From positions 1 to 55,232 of the IMG/VR virus record IMGVR_UViG_3300020045_002265: DNA of 55,232 nucleotides; one strand, written 5' to 3'. Source of the stretch: a virus (taxonomy: Duplodnaviria; Caudoviricetes). The notes under the pieces are model-generated. The model was not told the DNA's origin. It was given only the letters and a program-made list of their open reading frames with translations, and did no database searches. The position numbers were made by a program, and so were the translations under genes. Below are positions 38,902 to 48,561 of the stretch, one piece after another; position 1 is the stretch's first letter; every line of letters starts with the position of its first letter.

Positions 38902-39258
38902 TTAGCAAATTGCCCATTCATCGACACCAACACGAACAACACTAATGAAGCCATAACGGGCTGCTACTGCTGGGCCTGCGGGTGCTCTGAGCGTTACACC
39001 AGCACCAGCTGTGAAGCTAACAGCCCCAACACCTTTCTGATATACACTGATTGATTCCATATCTTTCCAAGCAACTGTTGCATCATTTGGAATTGTGAAT
39101 ACAATTGAAGACCCACTATCACCAACTATCGCTTTTCCAGAGTCTGTTTTAGCAAGTGTTGTTGCACCTGTTACTGTTCGGCCAAATGTTGGGTTTGTGA
39201 TTTCTTTATCTAGTTTGTTGGCATTATATAGCCAACCATTTTTTCTTACTAAAGCCAT
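38902..39258 (-). CDS. putative virion accessory (collar/fibre-like) protein
   Basis: TL..TDSGK, TIP, Q.G.GAV.F.AG.GVTL...W motif seen in fibre-associated domains; inserted among neck genes. Confidence 0.5.
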   Translation of the reverse strand: MALVRKNGWLYNANKLDKEITNPTFGRTVTGATTLAKTDSGKAIVGDSGSSIVFTIPNDATVAWKDMESISVYQKGVGAVSFTAGAGVTLRAPAGPAVAARYGFISVVRVGVDEWAIC

Positions 39259-39267
39259 GATCTTACC

Positions 39268-39705
39268 TTATACAAGTATTGAATCACCGCAAGGGGAACA
39301 GAGCGCATCTGAATCACATGTGCGGATATTTTCGAGTGGAAATTTAACCAAGTCTGGATTACTATCATTCAAACACATCTCTTCTTTACTTATACCACCA
39401 GACCAAGGCATTAAGCCATTTGGAAGGGCATTGCTTGGATTAGAGATAATAAATTTAAGAGCTGCGAGATAGGCATCAGCACTTCTCCAAACTTCAACAT
39501 CACCAACTCTTTCACGAATCGGATTCCCCGATATACCTAACAGCACTGCCAAAGCAGCATCTGCTGAAGCTGCAATGACATTACCATTATGAAGGTCTAA
39601 GTAATATTGAATTTGTTCATCAGTGAGTTGCGGATAGAATGGACTGTTTTCAGTGTCCCCGATTCGGAGCCTGACTATTTCAATTGGTTCCATTATTACT
39701 CCCAA
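39268..39705 (-). CDS. head-tail connector/adaptor
   Basis: VRLRIGDT...LTDEQIQYYL motif; follows the MCP gene. Confidence 0.75.
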   Translation of the reverse strand: MGVIMEPIEIVRLRIGDTENSPFYPQLTDEQIQYYLDLHNGNVIAASADAALAVLLGISGNPIRERVGDVEVWRSADAYLAALKFIISNPSNALPNGLMPWSGGISKEEMCLNDSNPDLVKFPLENIRTCDSDALCSPCGDSILV

Positions 39706-39708
39706 AAT

Positions 39709-39731
39709 AAAAAAGGGCCGAAGCCCTTTTT
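39709..39731 (-). terminator. rho-independent terminator after the major capsid gene
   Basis: On the - strand: AAAAGGGC-TTCG-GCCCTTTTTT. Confidence 0.8.
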
Positions 39732-39736
39732 AATTA

Positions 39737-40828
39737 TTAAGGTGTACCTAAATACAAACGAACAACAGCTTGAGGGCGAAGCATGGCGTTCAAGAAGTTT
39801 GATTCAGTCATGATCTCAATCTTATCTTGTTTCTCACCCATGTATTCCCAGTAGTAAGCTTCTTGAGCTACTTGGTTTACTGTGTCGAAACGGTTAGCCG
39901 GAGCGTAGTAAGTTTTGAACAGAGCAGCATCAGGAGCCATTGGGAACACGTAAGCATCACCAGCTGGAATGTAAGGAGTAGTAACACCAGTATTACGATC
40001 TGTGAATGAACCACGGTATTCAATCCAAAGGATTCCACCGAATTCAAATTGACGGTAACGTGCATCCAAACCAAATGCGTTTGCATTCAAACGACCATTA
40101 AGAACAGCAGCACCTTGTGGTTGTGCGTAGTACTTATAGGCATCAGTCACATAAGGGTGGCTAATCAGAGCGTTGAAGAAAGATGGAGAACATACAGCAA
40201 CCAAACGGTCAACGTAGACACCAGATTTCAAACCATCTTGAACACCAGCGATAATTGGTTCCATCAAAGTCAATGGGCTGATAGTTTCATCAGTCAAAGG
40301 CATTGCGATTTGAGTACGAGTAACACCAAACTCTGTGTACCAGTTAATGGTAGAGCCATAAGATGTTGCCAAAGTACCACTTGGAGCATACACAGTACCA
40401 GTTGTAATCAATTGAGCACGAGCAAACTCAAGAGTACGGGCGTGGTTGGTACGGATTTGATACATTTTACGAGCACGAGTAGCTGCTACTGTTTCGATTT
40501 GTGTACCAGCAAACAAGTCAGAGAAAGCTACAACACCATCAATGTCATTTGGAGAAATGTAATCATCTAATGGAAAGTGAGGTACAGCTGCTTGCACGTA
40601 TTGACGGGTTGGGCCACGGCTACCGGTGTTACGTTCATCCCAGTTACGATCAGGAATCAATGCTTCATCCCAAACTTCGCGAGGTACTTGAACAGTCTTT
40701 ACTGTTTTACGTTCAACGTTGAACATACCCAGTTGTTGAAACAAACCCCAGCTATTAGGAATGACCTGAATAGTTTCACTCAGATCAACATATTTTTGTG
40801 GGTTGTTAGGATTAATTACTAAAGGCAT
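39737..40828 (-). CDS. major capsid protein
   Basis: 363 aa, lambda gpE-like (PHFPLDD.I.P.DI, H..TLE..R, ESN.L...RP); strong codon bias. Confidence 0.9.
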   Translation of the reverse strand: MPLVINPNNPQKYVDLSETIQVIPNSWGLFQQLGMFNVERKTVKTVQVPREVWDEALIPDRNWDERNTGSRGPTRQYVQAAVPHFPLDDYISPNDIDGVVAFSDLFAGTQIETVAATRARKMYQIRTNHARTLEFARAQLITTGTVYAPSGTLATSYGSTINWYTEFGVTRTQIAMPLTDETISPLTLMEPIIAGVQDGLKSGVYVDRLVAVCSPSFFNALISHPYVTDAYKYYAQPQGAAVLNGRLNANAFGLDARYRQFEFGGILWIEYRGSFTDRNTGVTTPYIPAGDAYVFPMAPDAALFKTYYAPANRFDTVNQVAQEAYYWEYMGEKQDKIEIMTESNFLNAMLRPQAVVRLYLGTP

Positions 40829-40848
40829 ATTATTATTTTATCTCTTAA

Positions 40849-41295
40849 TTAAACAGTTGCTTCGAGGATAACGCCTTGTTCTTTCAACAAGTGACGCAGA
40901 CCTTCAAATTGTGGGCCAGTCAACATTGGGCTGGATACTGGGGTGTAGATTTGTTTGAGCAAGTAGTCTTTGAGGATTACATTGTCACGAACAAAAGCCA
41001 GAGCATTATCTGTAGTATCAGCTGCAAGCAGAGAAACACCTTCAGGCTTGGCTTGATAACGATTACCGAAAACTACGGCAAATTCATTTGTTGTAACCAA
41101 CTGGCCAGAAGCACTCAGAGGAGCATAGGATGTGTCTGTTGCTGCTTTAGCACGGAAAACAACTGTTCCCAATGGGAGAGTTACATCGGAAGCAACATCG
41201 ACAAAGATAACTTCACGAGCGTAACCAATTTTAGGGTCTTTTTCGTGCAATACCAAGTCAGACAGTTGGTAGAAAGGGCGGCTTACTAAAGGCAT
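40849..41295 (-). CDS. head decoration protein
   Basis: SDLV..E....GY.RE and LGTV motifs; directly upstream of the MCP gene. Confidence 0.75.
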   Translation of the reverse strand: MPLVSRPFYQLSDLVLHEKDPKIGYAREVIFVDVASDVTLPLGTVVFRAKAATDTSYAPLSASGQLVTTNEFAVVFGNRYQAKPEGVSLLAADTTDNALAFVRDNVILKDYLLKQIYTPVSSPMLTGPQFEGLRHLLKEQGVILEATV

Positions 41296-41300
41296 ATTAA

Positions 41301-42278
41301 TTATTCACCATCTTTAATATTAAATTGTTTTTTCAACAGTGCAGCAGTTGCGTCAACTACTTCATCTGTTACTACTGGACGACCCTGTGCGCCTGCTTCT
41401 TTCAAAATGTCAGAAGTGGCCAGTTGTTCATCTTTTTTCTTCAGAGCTTTGATAACAGAATCAAAAGTAGTGTCATCAACACTTTCTAAACTTTTGAATA
41501 ATGCTTCAGCAGCTTCTGCTTCTTTCTCTACTTCTGCAATAGATGCTTTACGAGCTTTCTCTACAGTTGCTTTCTTTTCTTCTTTGTACTGCTTGATAAT
41601 TTGTTCTGCTTCTTCAACTTTCGCATTTGATGCGGCGACTGCTTTAGTCACTGCTTCATTAACAATAGTATCGAGAGCTGATTTACTGATAAAATCGGTC
41701 ATTGATTCCTCTTTATTTACTTTATCATCCACGGAGGGAGTTTTTGAACCTTTCGGCTCGATTACGCCCTCTGGTGATTCAGAGGACTTTTTGATAGAAG
41801 CTCTCGCCTTATCAATATTCTTTTCAAATATTTCTTGTGATTTAATTACTTTTAGATAATCTTCAGGGCTTAGCTCAGCAACTGCCTTTTTTATATCTTC
41901 TAGGCCTTTATCTAAAACAAGGGATTTCATGATAACAACAGCATCAACTTTTTCTTGAATATACTCGGAATACCATGTGTCAGATTCAACATCATCCTCT
42001 TCTGTGTTATACCCAAAAACTTTAGCCAGCACAGTTGCATCTTCATACCAAAGATCAAAAAATCTATGCAAATATTCGACTATGTTCATAGTCACTGTGA
42101 CTTGACTTGCTTTTTCGATATCTTCTTCTTTGACTTCTTCGGTGTTAAGGGATTTGAAGATCAAAGTTTGACGACCATTTGCAGGGCCACCCTGCTCTTT
42201 ACCAACAAGTGCAACAGCACTTCCTTCACTCTCAAAATTTATATTCGTTAGTTTCCTAACTGCTTTTAGTTCAGACAT
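41301..42278 (-). CDS. capsid scaffolding protein
   Basis: VALV....GGPANG N-terminus followed by a charged coiled coil. Confidence 0.7.
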   Translation of the reverse strand: MSELKAVRKLTNINFESEGSAVALVGKEQGGPANGRQTLIFKSLNTEEVKEEDIEKASQVTVTMNIVEYLHRFFDLWYEDATVLAKVFGYNTEEDDVESDTWYSEYIQEKVDAVVIMKSLVLDKGLEDIKKAVAELSPEDYLKVIKSQEIFEKNIDKARASIKKSSESPEGVIEPKGSKTPSVDDKVNKEESMTDFISKSALDTIVNEAVTKAVAASNAKVEEAEQIIKQYKEEKKATVEKARKASIAEVEKEAEAAEALFKSLESVDDTTFDSVIKALKKKDEQLATSDILKEAGAQGRPVVTDEVVDATAALLKKQFNIKDGE

Positions 42279-42748
42279 TAATTATCCTCAAGCTTTTGGG
42301 TTGAAGCTCTTGCTTGAATGCTTACACCGTTAAAGGTTCCATCTTTGACACCTTGCCAAAGGATCTCACCTATTTCTGTTTCTGGGAAATACCACTTCTG
42401 AATCCAACTGCCAGCTATAACAGTTTCACCATCTAAGTTAATGTCGGCTGGAAGGATATAACTCTCAATGATCTCTGCATCTTGAGTCTCAACTTTGTGG
42501 AATAGATTAGCCTTATTGCAATGCTGATTGAAGTTACGGCAAGCCTTAGCTACTTCAACATCGGTATAAGTATCTTGATGCAGATCGGTTGTGGTATCAC
42601 CATCTTGAGGTTCAAGAACAACAAATAAAGCTATTCGCTGTTCTTCTTCAACTGACTTGGTTATCTCTTTAGTGGTAACTTCTTGCTGAGACCCGCCGAA
42701 ATACTTTTCGATAAGATCCCCTAGTTTTTCAACAAACTCTTTACTCAT
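42278..42748 (-). CDS. putative prohead protease (XkdF-like)
   Basis: VLEP...DLH.D, NLFH, IIESYI.P, GSW and W..VKDG.F.G.SI motifs. Confidence 0.75.
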   Translation of the reverse strand: MSKEFVEKLGDLIEKYFGGSQQEVTTKEITKSVEEEQRIALFVVLEPQDGDTTTDLHQDTYTDVEVAKACRNFNQHCNKANLFHKVETQDAEIIESYILPADINLDGETVIAGSWIQKWYFPETEIGEILWQGVKDGTFNGVSIQARASTQKLEDN

Positions 42749-44232
42749 TATTTATTTGCCTTGTTAGAAACACTTGAATCTTTAGCACTTGGTTTTTTAG
42801 CTGTGCCATTACCTAGTGTTTGCATTCCTTCCCCAGCAGCAGAATCATAGGCCGTGAGGTGTTTAAGGAACTCATCCCTATTCTTCTCAATTGACTCCTC
42901 AATGAAGTAAGGAATACCAGCTTGATTATGAATCCACTCAACAGTTTCAGGATTTTGCAACAACAGCCCAGCAGCAGCCACACGTTGAATAAACGCAGAC
43001 AGTGCTTCCAAATCTTGCTTCTCAACTTTACCATATGAGAAATATGGAGTTACTGAGGTATCCCAGCCATTCAATGCAAAGAGTTGAGGGATAAGGTCAT
43101 GGTTAAGTTGATCTTGAATTTCGATAAGTTTTGATTCGATGGCAATTTCAGAAACTGTCATCTTGCTTTCGGATAATGCAAAACTACCACCACCGGATTG
43201 GCCGAGAACTAAGAAGTCAGCAGCTAATGCTGTTAGTATCTCATTTGAATAGCGGCCAATAATTTTAGGTGTGTCGTAAGCTTTTGTACCAGTAACGTTT
43301 ACAATATCAAACTTGAAGTATTCATTATTATTTTCATCAACTACTTGGGGGAGGATGAAGCCTGATTGAGTACCATTATGTGCATTACGCATCATTTGTT
43401 TATAATATTCATAAACACCCTTGTCGGATTCTGTAGCATCTTCTGCCATATATCTTGGAGGAATGTATAAGACTTTAAAGCCCTGCATATCTTGAGAGAT
43501 ACCAGTACCTTCAACTTGCTCAAGTGCTTTCTTATATTTCCATGCTTCCCAACATCCAACTAAAGGTGATTCACCCAGAGGATTGTCTTTTGCTGACCCA
43601 TTACGGAACAGTAGGAATTTCTTACGGGGTATTTTAACTTTATCACCATACAATGGATCTGAGGCATACATTGAGTAATCACTTAGTCCAGCAGGTCTCA
43701 CAGCAGCTTGCCATACACCGGCTAAATCTCTGCCTTGATTTTTCCAATCCCAACCAACAATTGTATCTTGGGATCTGATTGGTAATTTTTCTAAGCCAAC
43801 TAAGCCATCATCGTACTTCGAGCCATTAGCTTTGTATCGTTGACGGTAAACTTTTTCATGCACAGAGAAACCATAACGGTTGAAGCTAACAACTTGTCTA
43901 ATAAAACTCCCCCAGCTATGCTCCATATCGTGCATATTCTGGCGAAGGAATTCAGCTTTAGCTGCGAGCTTATCTTCATAACCTTTTGGTATTTCAACTT
44001 TCCAAGGTACACGGGCAATCATCATCTCAACCAGATTTAAAGCGGGAGCAATTGTCCCGTCTTTGGCCATCTTCTTGAATGTGTTGATTGATTGTGGAAA
44101 AGATAATTCTCTTTGGCATTCTTCAATAGGAATTCCTGCAACTACTCTAAGGCCATTAAAACCGGACTCTGTAAGCCTTAGTGAGGGGATATCCGAGTCA
44201 CCCTTTTTTAAATTATCTGGTTCGGTTGCCAT
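42748..44232 (-). CDS. portal protein
   Basis: YGFSVHEKVY, KFLLF..., NPLGESPL, GGSFALSESK and LIPQL.ALNGW motifs. Confidence 0.9.
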   Translation of the reverse strand: MATEPDNLKKGDSDIPSLRLTESGFNGLRVVAGIPIEECQRELSFPQSINTFKKMAKDGTIAPALNLVEMMIARVPWKVEIPKGYEDKLAAKAEFLRQNMHDMEHSWGSFIRQVVSFNRYGFSVHEKVYRQRYKANGSKYDDGLVGLEKLPIRSQDTIVGWDWKNQGRDLAGVWQAAVRPAGLSDYSMYASDPLYGDKVKIPRKKFLLFRNGSAKDNPLGESPLVGCWEAWKYKKALEQVEGTGISQDMQGFKVLYIPPRYMAEDATESDKGVYEYYKQMMRNAHNGTQSGFILPQVVDENNNEYFKFDIVNVTGTKAYDTPKIIGRYSNEILTALAADFLVLGQSGGGSFALSESKMTVSEIAIESKLIEIQDQLNHDLIPQLFALNGWDTSVTPYFSYGKVEKQDLEALSAFIQRVAAAGLLLQNPETVEWIHNQAGIPYFIEESIEKNRDEFLKHLTAYDSAAGEGMQTLGNGTAKKPSAKDSSVSNKANK

Positions 44233-44808
44233 TTAAACCTCTATGTGATCCCATATTCTTCTACTGTGTATTTGACTTATAAGACTAGAAGAGACTTTAA
44301 ACTTTTCAGCTATTTGAACCTGAGACAAAACACCACCCTTCAACAAGTTTTTTATAACTATGACATCTTCATTAGTTAGTTTAGAAGATGGGTTTTTGAC
44401 ACCATCTTGATTTTTTAATCCTATAACCCATGAATGGTGATTGTTGTAACTTCTAGAAACCCATTCAAGATTTGATAAGTTATTGTTCAGCGGGTTACCA
44501 TCTTTGTGGTTCACTTCATACTTATCGGGAGGATCACCTAAAAATGCAAAAGCCACTAAACGATGAACTAAGAAAAATTTACTAACCCCGTCATCATGGA
44601 GTTGAATCTCTTTTCTTCCATTCCAAGTGGTTCTTTGTTTTTTAATCCTTTCTTTCCTGAGTGCCCTATGGCCATTGGAATAATAAACAACCCTTTGTAT
44701 TGACTTTACATTTCCGAGGTTACTCACAAGATAATTCTCAAAACCTCTCACAGGCTTCCAAGTTTCTACTTCATTCCCTTTGCTAAGGGTTGTGCTATCT
44801 TCAGCCAT
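44233..44808 (-). CDS. NUMOD4-HNH homing endonuclease
   Basis: ETWKPV.GFE.Y.VSNLGNVKS; VHRLVA; VNHKDGN..NN..SNLEW motifs. Confidence 0.9.
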   Translation of the reverse strand: MAEDSTTLSKGNEVETWKPVRGFENYLVSNLGNVKSIQRVVYYSNGHRALRKERIKKQRTTWNGRKEIQLHDDGVSKFFLVHRLVAFAFLGDPPDKYEVNHKDGNPLNNNLSNLEWVSRSYNNHHSWVIGLKNQDGVKNPSSKLTNEDVIVIKNLLKGGVLSQVQIAEKFKVSSSLISQIHSRRIWDHIEV

Positions 44809-44816
44809 TTAATTTC

Positions 44817-46163
44817 CTATGCGAAAGGGTTTGTGTGAGTTAGGGTGGCCTCTTTGAGACCCGGTAAGAAATTAGGAATTTGAATCCTTTGAGCTAATGT
44901 GATGAAAGCGTCACTTGTCGAGTCCACCATATCGTCCTTTTTATTATGGGAGCCATCAAAAGCTTCCAGTTCAGAGAAGTAGACATCATTCCAATGTGCT
45001 TTTACATATCTTACAAGGCCAGCTTCAGCAACACTTGTGAATGGTTGGAATCTGACAATTTTAGATTTATTTGTTGCTCTAAGTCTTGCACCAATTTGTT
45101 CGGCTGCTAGGGTTTTCACCATCATCTGCCCAGCAGCAATACCTGCTTGTCCGGGTTCTTTTGGCAATATGATCTGAGTACCTTCAGGGTCTTCTTTAGC
45201 TACTTGAATAATTCTTTCAATTACCTCACCATACCTAGCTCTGAAACGAACTACATCAAGAATGACATATAATCCATTTTTAGTTTTGCCGATAAGCACA
45301 CCAGCAGTCCAGTCAGGATTGGGAGCAGTTTCAGATGGTAAGGCACCAGCGATATCCCATGCACGACAATAAGAAACTATTTCTAAGTCATGTGGGTTTA
45401 CAGGTTCACCAAGCCACTCTTGTTTGAAATACCCACTTGAATCTTCACGGATATCCCAGTTACCATATAAATCTCTTTCCTGTTTAACTCTTTTCAAACC
45501 TTGTAAGTTTGCAAGATATCCGGGGTTAGATTTTATAAGTGGGGGGTTGTCATAAATTGTTGCAGAAATAAATTGCAGAGATAGTGGAAGTACATGCTTA
45601 CCATAAGTGGCAATTAATTCTTCTTTAGTATCAGCCCAGATCATTTGATTGTCTTGGCGAATAAACCATCTTACCTTGCCATCTCTCTCTGGATCAGGCC
45701 TGCCTGCATTCTCCATACCTTTAGGGATAATCCACCAATCAATCCAATTGCGTAGGAAAGAGTCTGGAGATGGGTTACAGGTGAGGAACAGGTTAGGCAC
45801 CATCTTCGCTTTAGAACGTAGACGGGATAGAACCACTAATGTGTGGTCTTCTGTGATTTGTGTGGCTTCGTCAATCATCGCAGCGGAGATTTGAAGACCA
45901 CGGAATTTTTCAGCATCATCATCTGTCTCTAGGTGAGTCATTGCAATCTCAGCACCAGAGGGGAAAATGAATTTTTGATCTTTAATTTTTACTTGGACAC
46001 GAGAATCAAATGCCCTGTATAGTTGTTTAGCTTCATCAAATAGACCACCTGATTTCATCAAAGTGGTTGAGTTCTTTCTTATGATGAATCCACGATAGTT
46101 TGGGTCACTAACCCATCGAAGGTGTCGGAGGAGGCCGCAATACGATTTGCCGCCGCCCATGGC
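44817..46163 (-). CDS. terL: terminase large subunit, exon 2
   Basis: AMGGGKS (rest of Walker A), IDEATQ Walker B, TCNP, AWDIA and KDDMVD nuclease motifs. Confidence 0.92.
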   Translation of the reverse strand, partial: AMGGGKSYCGLLRHLRWVSDPNYRGFIIRKNSTTLMKSGGLFDEAKQLYRAFDSRVQVKIKDQKFIFPSGAEIAMTHLETDDDAEKFRGLQISAAMIDEATQITEDHTLVVLSRLRSKAKMVPNLFLTCNPSPDSFLRNWIDWWIIPKGMENAGRPDPERDGKVRWFIRQDNQMIWADTKEELIATYGKHVLPLSLQFISATIYDNPPLIKSNPGYLANLQGLKRVKQERDLYGNWDIREDSSGYFKQEWLGEPVNPHDLEIVSYCRAWDIAGALPSETAPNPDWTAGVLIGKTKNGLYVILDVVRFRARYGEVIERIIQVAKEDPEGTQIILPKEPGQAGIAAGQMMVKTLAAEQIGARLRATNKSKIVRFQPFTSVAEAGLVRYVKAHWNDVYFSELEAFDGSHNKKDDMVDSTSDAFITLAQRIQIPNFLPGLKEATLTHTNPFA

Positions 46164-46389
46164 CAGTCTGTTATAGGGTTCGTTAAACCCTCTGCAATCT
46201 CTCACAGTGCCGGACTATATCTTCAACCTTTCGGTTGCCCCCCGTTTCGATTCCACTTGGAACCTACTCGCTTACATTCATCAGCGTTAGTCTCTACTCT
46301 TTCCTATTAAAGGCTTAGATCGGTATCGCCCACGTCTTTACGTTTGGGTTTCACCGAGTTAGAGGGGTTTTAAATGGAGGCGCTTATTC
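46164..46389 (-). mobile_element. group I intron (226 nt, no ORF) in terL
   Basis: Exon ends in U and intron ends in G. P7 elements AGAGACTA and AAGATATAGTCC; P3 CCCCTC/GGGGGG; P4 TCGGT/ACCGA. Splicing restores YGG|AMGGGKS. Confidence 0.9.
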
Positions 46390-46476
46390 ACCACCATAAA
46401 CAATAATATTTGCATCGCTGGATAAAAACCAACTCTGCTTTTTGCTCGCAGGAGCAAAACTAAAATCTGTACTCAT
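46390..46476 (-). CDS. terL: terminase large subunit, exon 1
   Basis: MSTDFSFAPASKKQSWFLSSDANIIVYGG (29 codons) with the Q-motif; ATG overlaps the upstream HNH stop (TAATG). Confidence 0.88.
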
Positions 46477-47114
46477 TATGAATTACCCACCCACCTGTGA
46501 ACTGTGGAAAAGCTTCTATCAACTATTTCACCAATTCTTGTTAGGGTGTATCCTTGCTCCCTTAGCCATCTGGCTTTAGAAACTGTGTGTTTAGATGCTT
46601 TTCTAGGGTCTCCATATTTACCACGAACTATTCTTGTAGCTGTTGGCTCACTGATACCGAAGTGTTTGGCTAATTTCTTCACTGAAATATTATTCTTCAA
46701 ATGATATTCTTTAACTCTTTGTTTATAATCACCGTCATACAGGGTGTTCCCTCTGACAACCATTAAATTATTTTTAAAAGCGTGTACTGTTTGTTCTTGG
46801 TGTGTTGCCCATTTTAAGTTGGATTCTAAGTTATTAAACTTATCACCATCTTCATGATTTACTGTTGGCTTATTTTCTGGATTAGGGATAAAAGCTTCTG
46901 CCACTAATTTGTGTACGGTGGGCCAACTTTCTTTACTAGTTAGCTTGTTTCTCAAGTGAACAGCTTTATAGCCACCATCATTAATCTTAGCTTTTAAAGT
47001 AATACCTTTACGGAAGCGATTTCCATCAAACCGGTCTACACTTCTAACAACACCAAAGTTGCTTACTTGGTAAACACCCTCATATCCGACTACATCTTTC
47101 CAAATTTCTTGCAT
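46476..47114 (-). CDS. NUMOD4-HNH homing endonuclease
   Basis: EIWKDVVGYEG.YQVSNFG; VHKLVAEAFIPNP.NKPTVNH.DG.K.NN; C-terminal HTHs. Confidence 0.9.
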   Translation of the reverse strand: MQEIWKDVVGYEGVYQVSNFGVVRSVDRFDGNRFRKGITLKAKINDGGYKAVHLRNKLTSKESWPTVHKLVAEAFIPNPENKPTVNHEDGDKFNNLESNLKWATHQEQTVHAFKNNLMVVRGNTLYDGDYKQRVKEYHLKNNISVKKLAKHFGISEPTATRIVRGKYGDPRKASKHTVSKARWLREQGYTLTRIGEIVDRSFSTVHRWVGNS

Positions 47115-47204
47115 TATCGATCTCCACTTAAATCTTAAAGGGTGGGACTATCTGCCTAAAGTGGTAGGCAGCAAACCTTGCAAAGTCTTTCATCCCATTA
47201 AATT

Positions 47205-47771
47205 TTACTCGTCCTCTGACTCATCTTCGGCAACATATTCAGTTACCAATTTTGGGCCGCCAAATGTCTTAGCCTTTTCAGCAGCTTCTTGCTCAGATGT
47301 AGGCAATGCACCCTCTGTTTCAGCTTTCTTCTGTTTAAGGGCAGCTTCAATTTTTCTAAGCTTACTTTCTTCAGCAGCTTTCTTGGTGGCAATATCTTGT
47401 GCCAATATCCATTTAGCTAGGCTTAGTTTTGTTTCGGGGACTTTAACCCATTCAACCATCATTTCAATTTCAAGACCTTCTTCAAGCTCAACAAATTCAA
47501 ATTTTAAACTTGGATCTTTAAGAAGAAGTTTTTGTTTATCATCTTCTGTACCTTTCCATACGCTTCGCTCGGGAACTAATTCACCGAGGATGGCTTTACC
47601 AATAAGGTTTATGGACGGGCCGCTAAGAGCTGATAGTTGCTTACTGACAGTAGCTACTGGGCTACGTGATGGACGCGGAACACCGGCGCTGGTTGGTTTG
47701 TTAGGATTTGCATGGAATCTCTTCAAAGCTTCTTTTTGTTTGAGACGTTTATCTTCTGGGAGTTTTGACAT
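47205..47771 (-). CDS. putative terminase small subunit
   Basis: Position upstream of terL; basic N-terminus and acidic tail. Function inferred from gene order only. Confidence 0.5.
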   Translation of the reverse strand: MSKLPEDKRLKQKEALKRFHANPNKPTSAGVPRPSRSPVATVSKQLSALSGPSINLIGKAILGELVPERSVWKGTEDDKQKLLLKDPSLKFEFVELEEGLEIEMMVEWVKVPETKLSLAKWILAQDIATKKAAEESKLRKIEAALKQKKAETEGALPTSEQEAAEKAKTFGGPKLVTEYVAEDESEDE

Positions 47772-47994
47772 GATTATCTCTATAGAATAAATCCCCTCTT
47801 GCGAGGGGTAATGTGCGTTTGCCTAAGTGAAAGGAGAGTAAAACAAAGACAAACACAATCTGCCGTATGAAGTTATTAATTTTTATAACTGGCAGTATCG
47901 ACCTAGGAGGAGGTCTGAGGAATTTGGCCCTTCAGTTTGAGCTTAGCATTTCCAATATAATTTTGTGGTGCGAGAGGCTTGAAGGGAATACTTA

Positions 47995-48357
47995 TTACAA
48001 ACTAACAGGAACTACTTTAAGAGCGCCAGCATCGACAACCAAACCTTCACGAAACAATTTAGCTAACTTCTGATTCCATGTGAGAGTGGGCGTACCTCCT
48101 GAAATGGTCTTAATAGTCACGTTAAAATCATTCACGATAAGGTTGATCATTGTTAGTGGGTCAATATCTTCTTGGATATCTTTCCACAAACCATCGCGCT
48201 TATCTACTTCAACCCATACGCCAGCTTCTTTGTGCAGCAATGATGGGTAATAGATGTCAGGGAATGAGGGATTATTAATACTGAACAATCCAGTATAGAA
48301 TTCATGATTGTTAATTGTGAAAGCATAGCCTGCATAGGCTTGACTTGGAATTGGCAT
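47995..48357 (-). CDS. hypothetical protein (120 aa)
   Basis: Start moved to ATG 48357 (MPIPSQAY...) because the longer ORF overlaps tRNA-Tyr. Confidence 0.65.
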   Translation of the reverse strand: MPIPSQAYAGYAFTINNHEFYTGLFSINNPSFPDIYYPSLLHKEAGVWVEVDKRDGLWKDIQEDIDPLTMINLIVNDFNVTIKTISGGTPTLTWNQKLAKLFREGLVVDAGALKVVPVSL

Positions 48358-48386
48358 ACTTGGTAATCTCGGGGAATTTTGAATTT

Positions 48387-48470
48387 TGGTGCGCAGGGGT
48401 GAAATTCGCATCACCACAACTTTCATCGGAGTTTTACAGACTCGTGGGTTCACTCATACCCAGCCTACGC
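48387..48470 (-). tRNA. tRNA-Tyr(GTA), atypical T-loop
   Basis: Acceptor GCGTAGG/CCTGCGC-ACCA; anticodon loop CTGTAAA; T-loop TGCGAATT. Confidence 0.7.
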
Positions 48471-48475
48471 AGAAT

Positions 48476-48561
48476 TGGAGGAAAGCAGAGTAGTCGAAAC
48501 TCAAGCCGTGAGGCTCAATTCGCTTAGCAAGCGGTTTCATCACCTAGATGATTTACTTTCC
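48476..48561 (-). tRNA. tRNA-Ser(GCT)
   Basis: GGAAAGT acceptor, loop TTGCTAA, long variable arm, CCA end. Confidence 0.85.

Noticed and set aside
46164-46205. ORF-track N-terminus of TerL (MRDCRGFNEPYNRL)
   Set aside because: This is intron sequence; the real N-terminus is exon 1 at 46390-46476.
819-47771. Stop-codon reassignment
   Set aside because: Core genes are full length in the standard code and no suppressor tRNA was found.
47161-47790. 209-aa + strand ORF and other antisense ORFs (e.g. 40049-40570, 41407-41859)
   Set aside because: Antisense shadows of well-supported - strand genes, with Ser/Phe-rich composition and no RBS.
48358-48453. N-terminal extension of ORF 47995-48453
   Set aside because: It overlaps tRNA-Tyr; the ATG at 48357 is more plausible.
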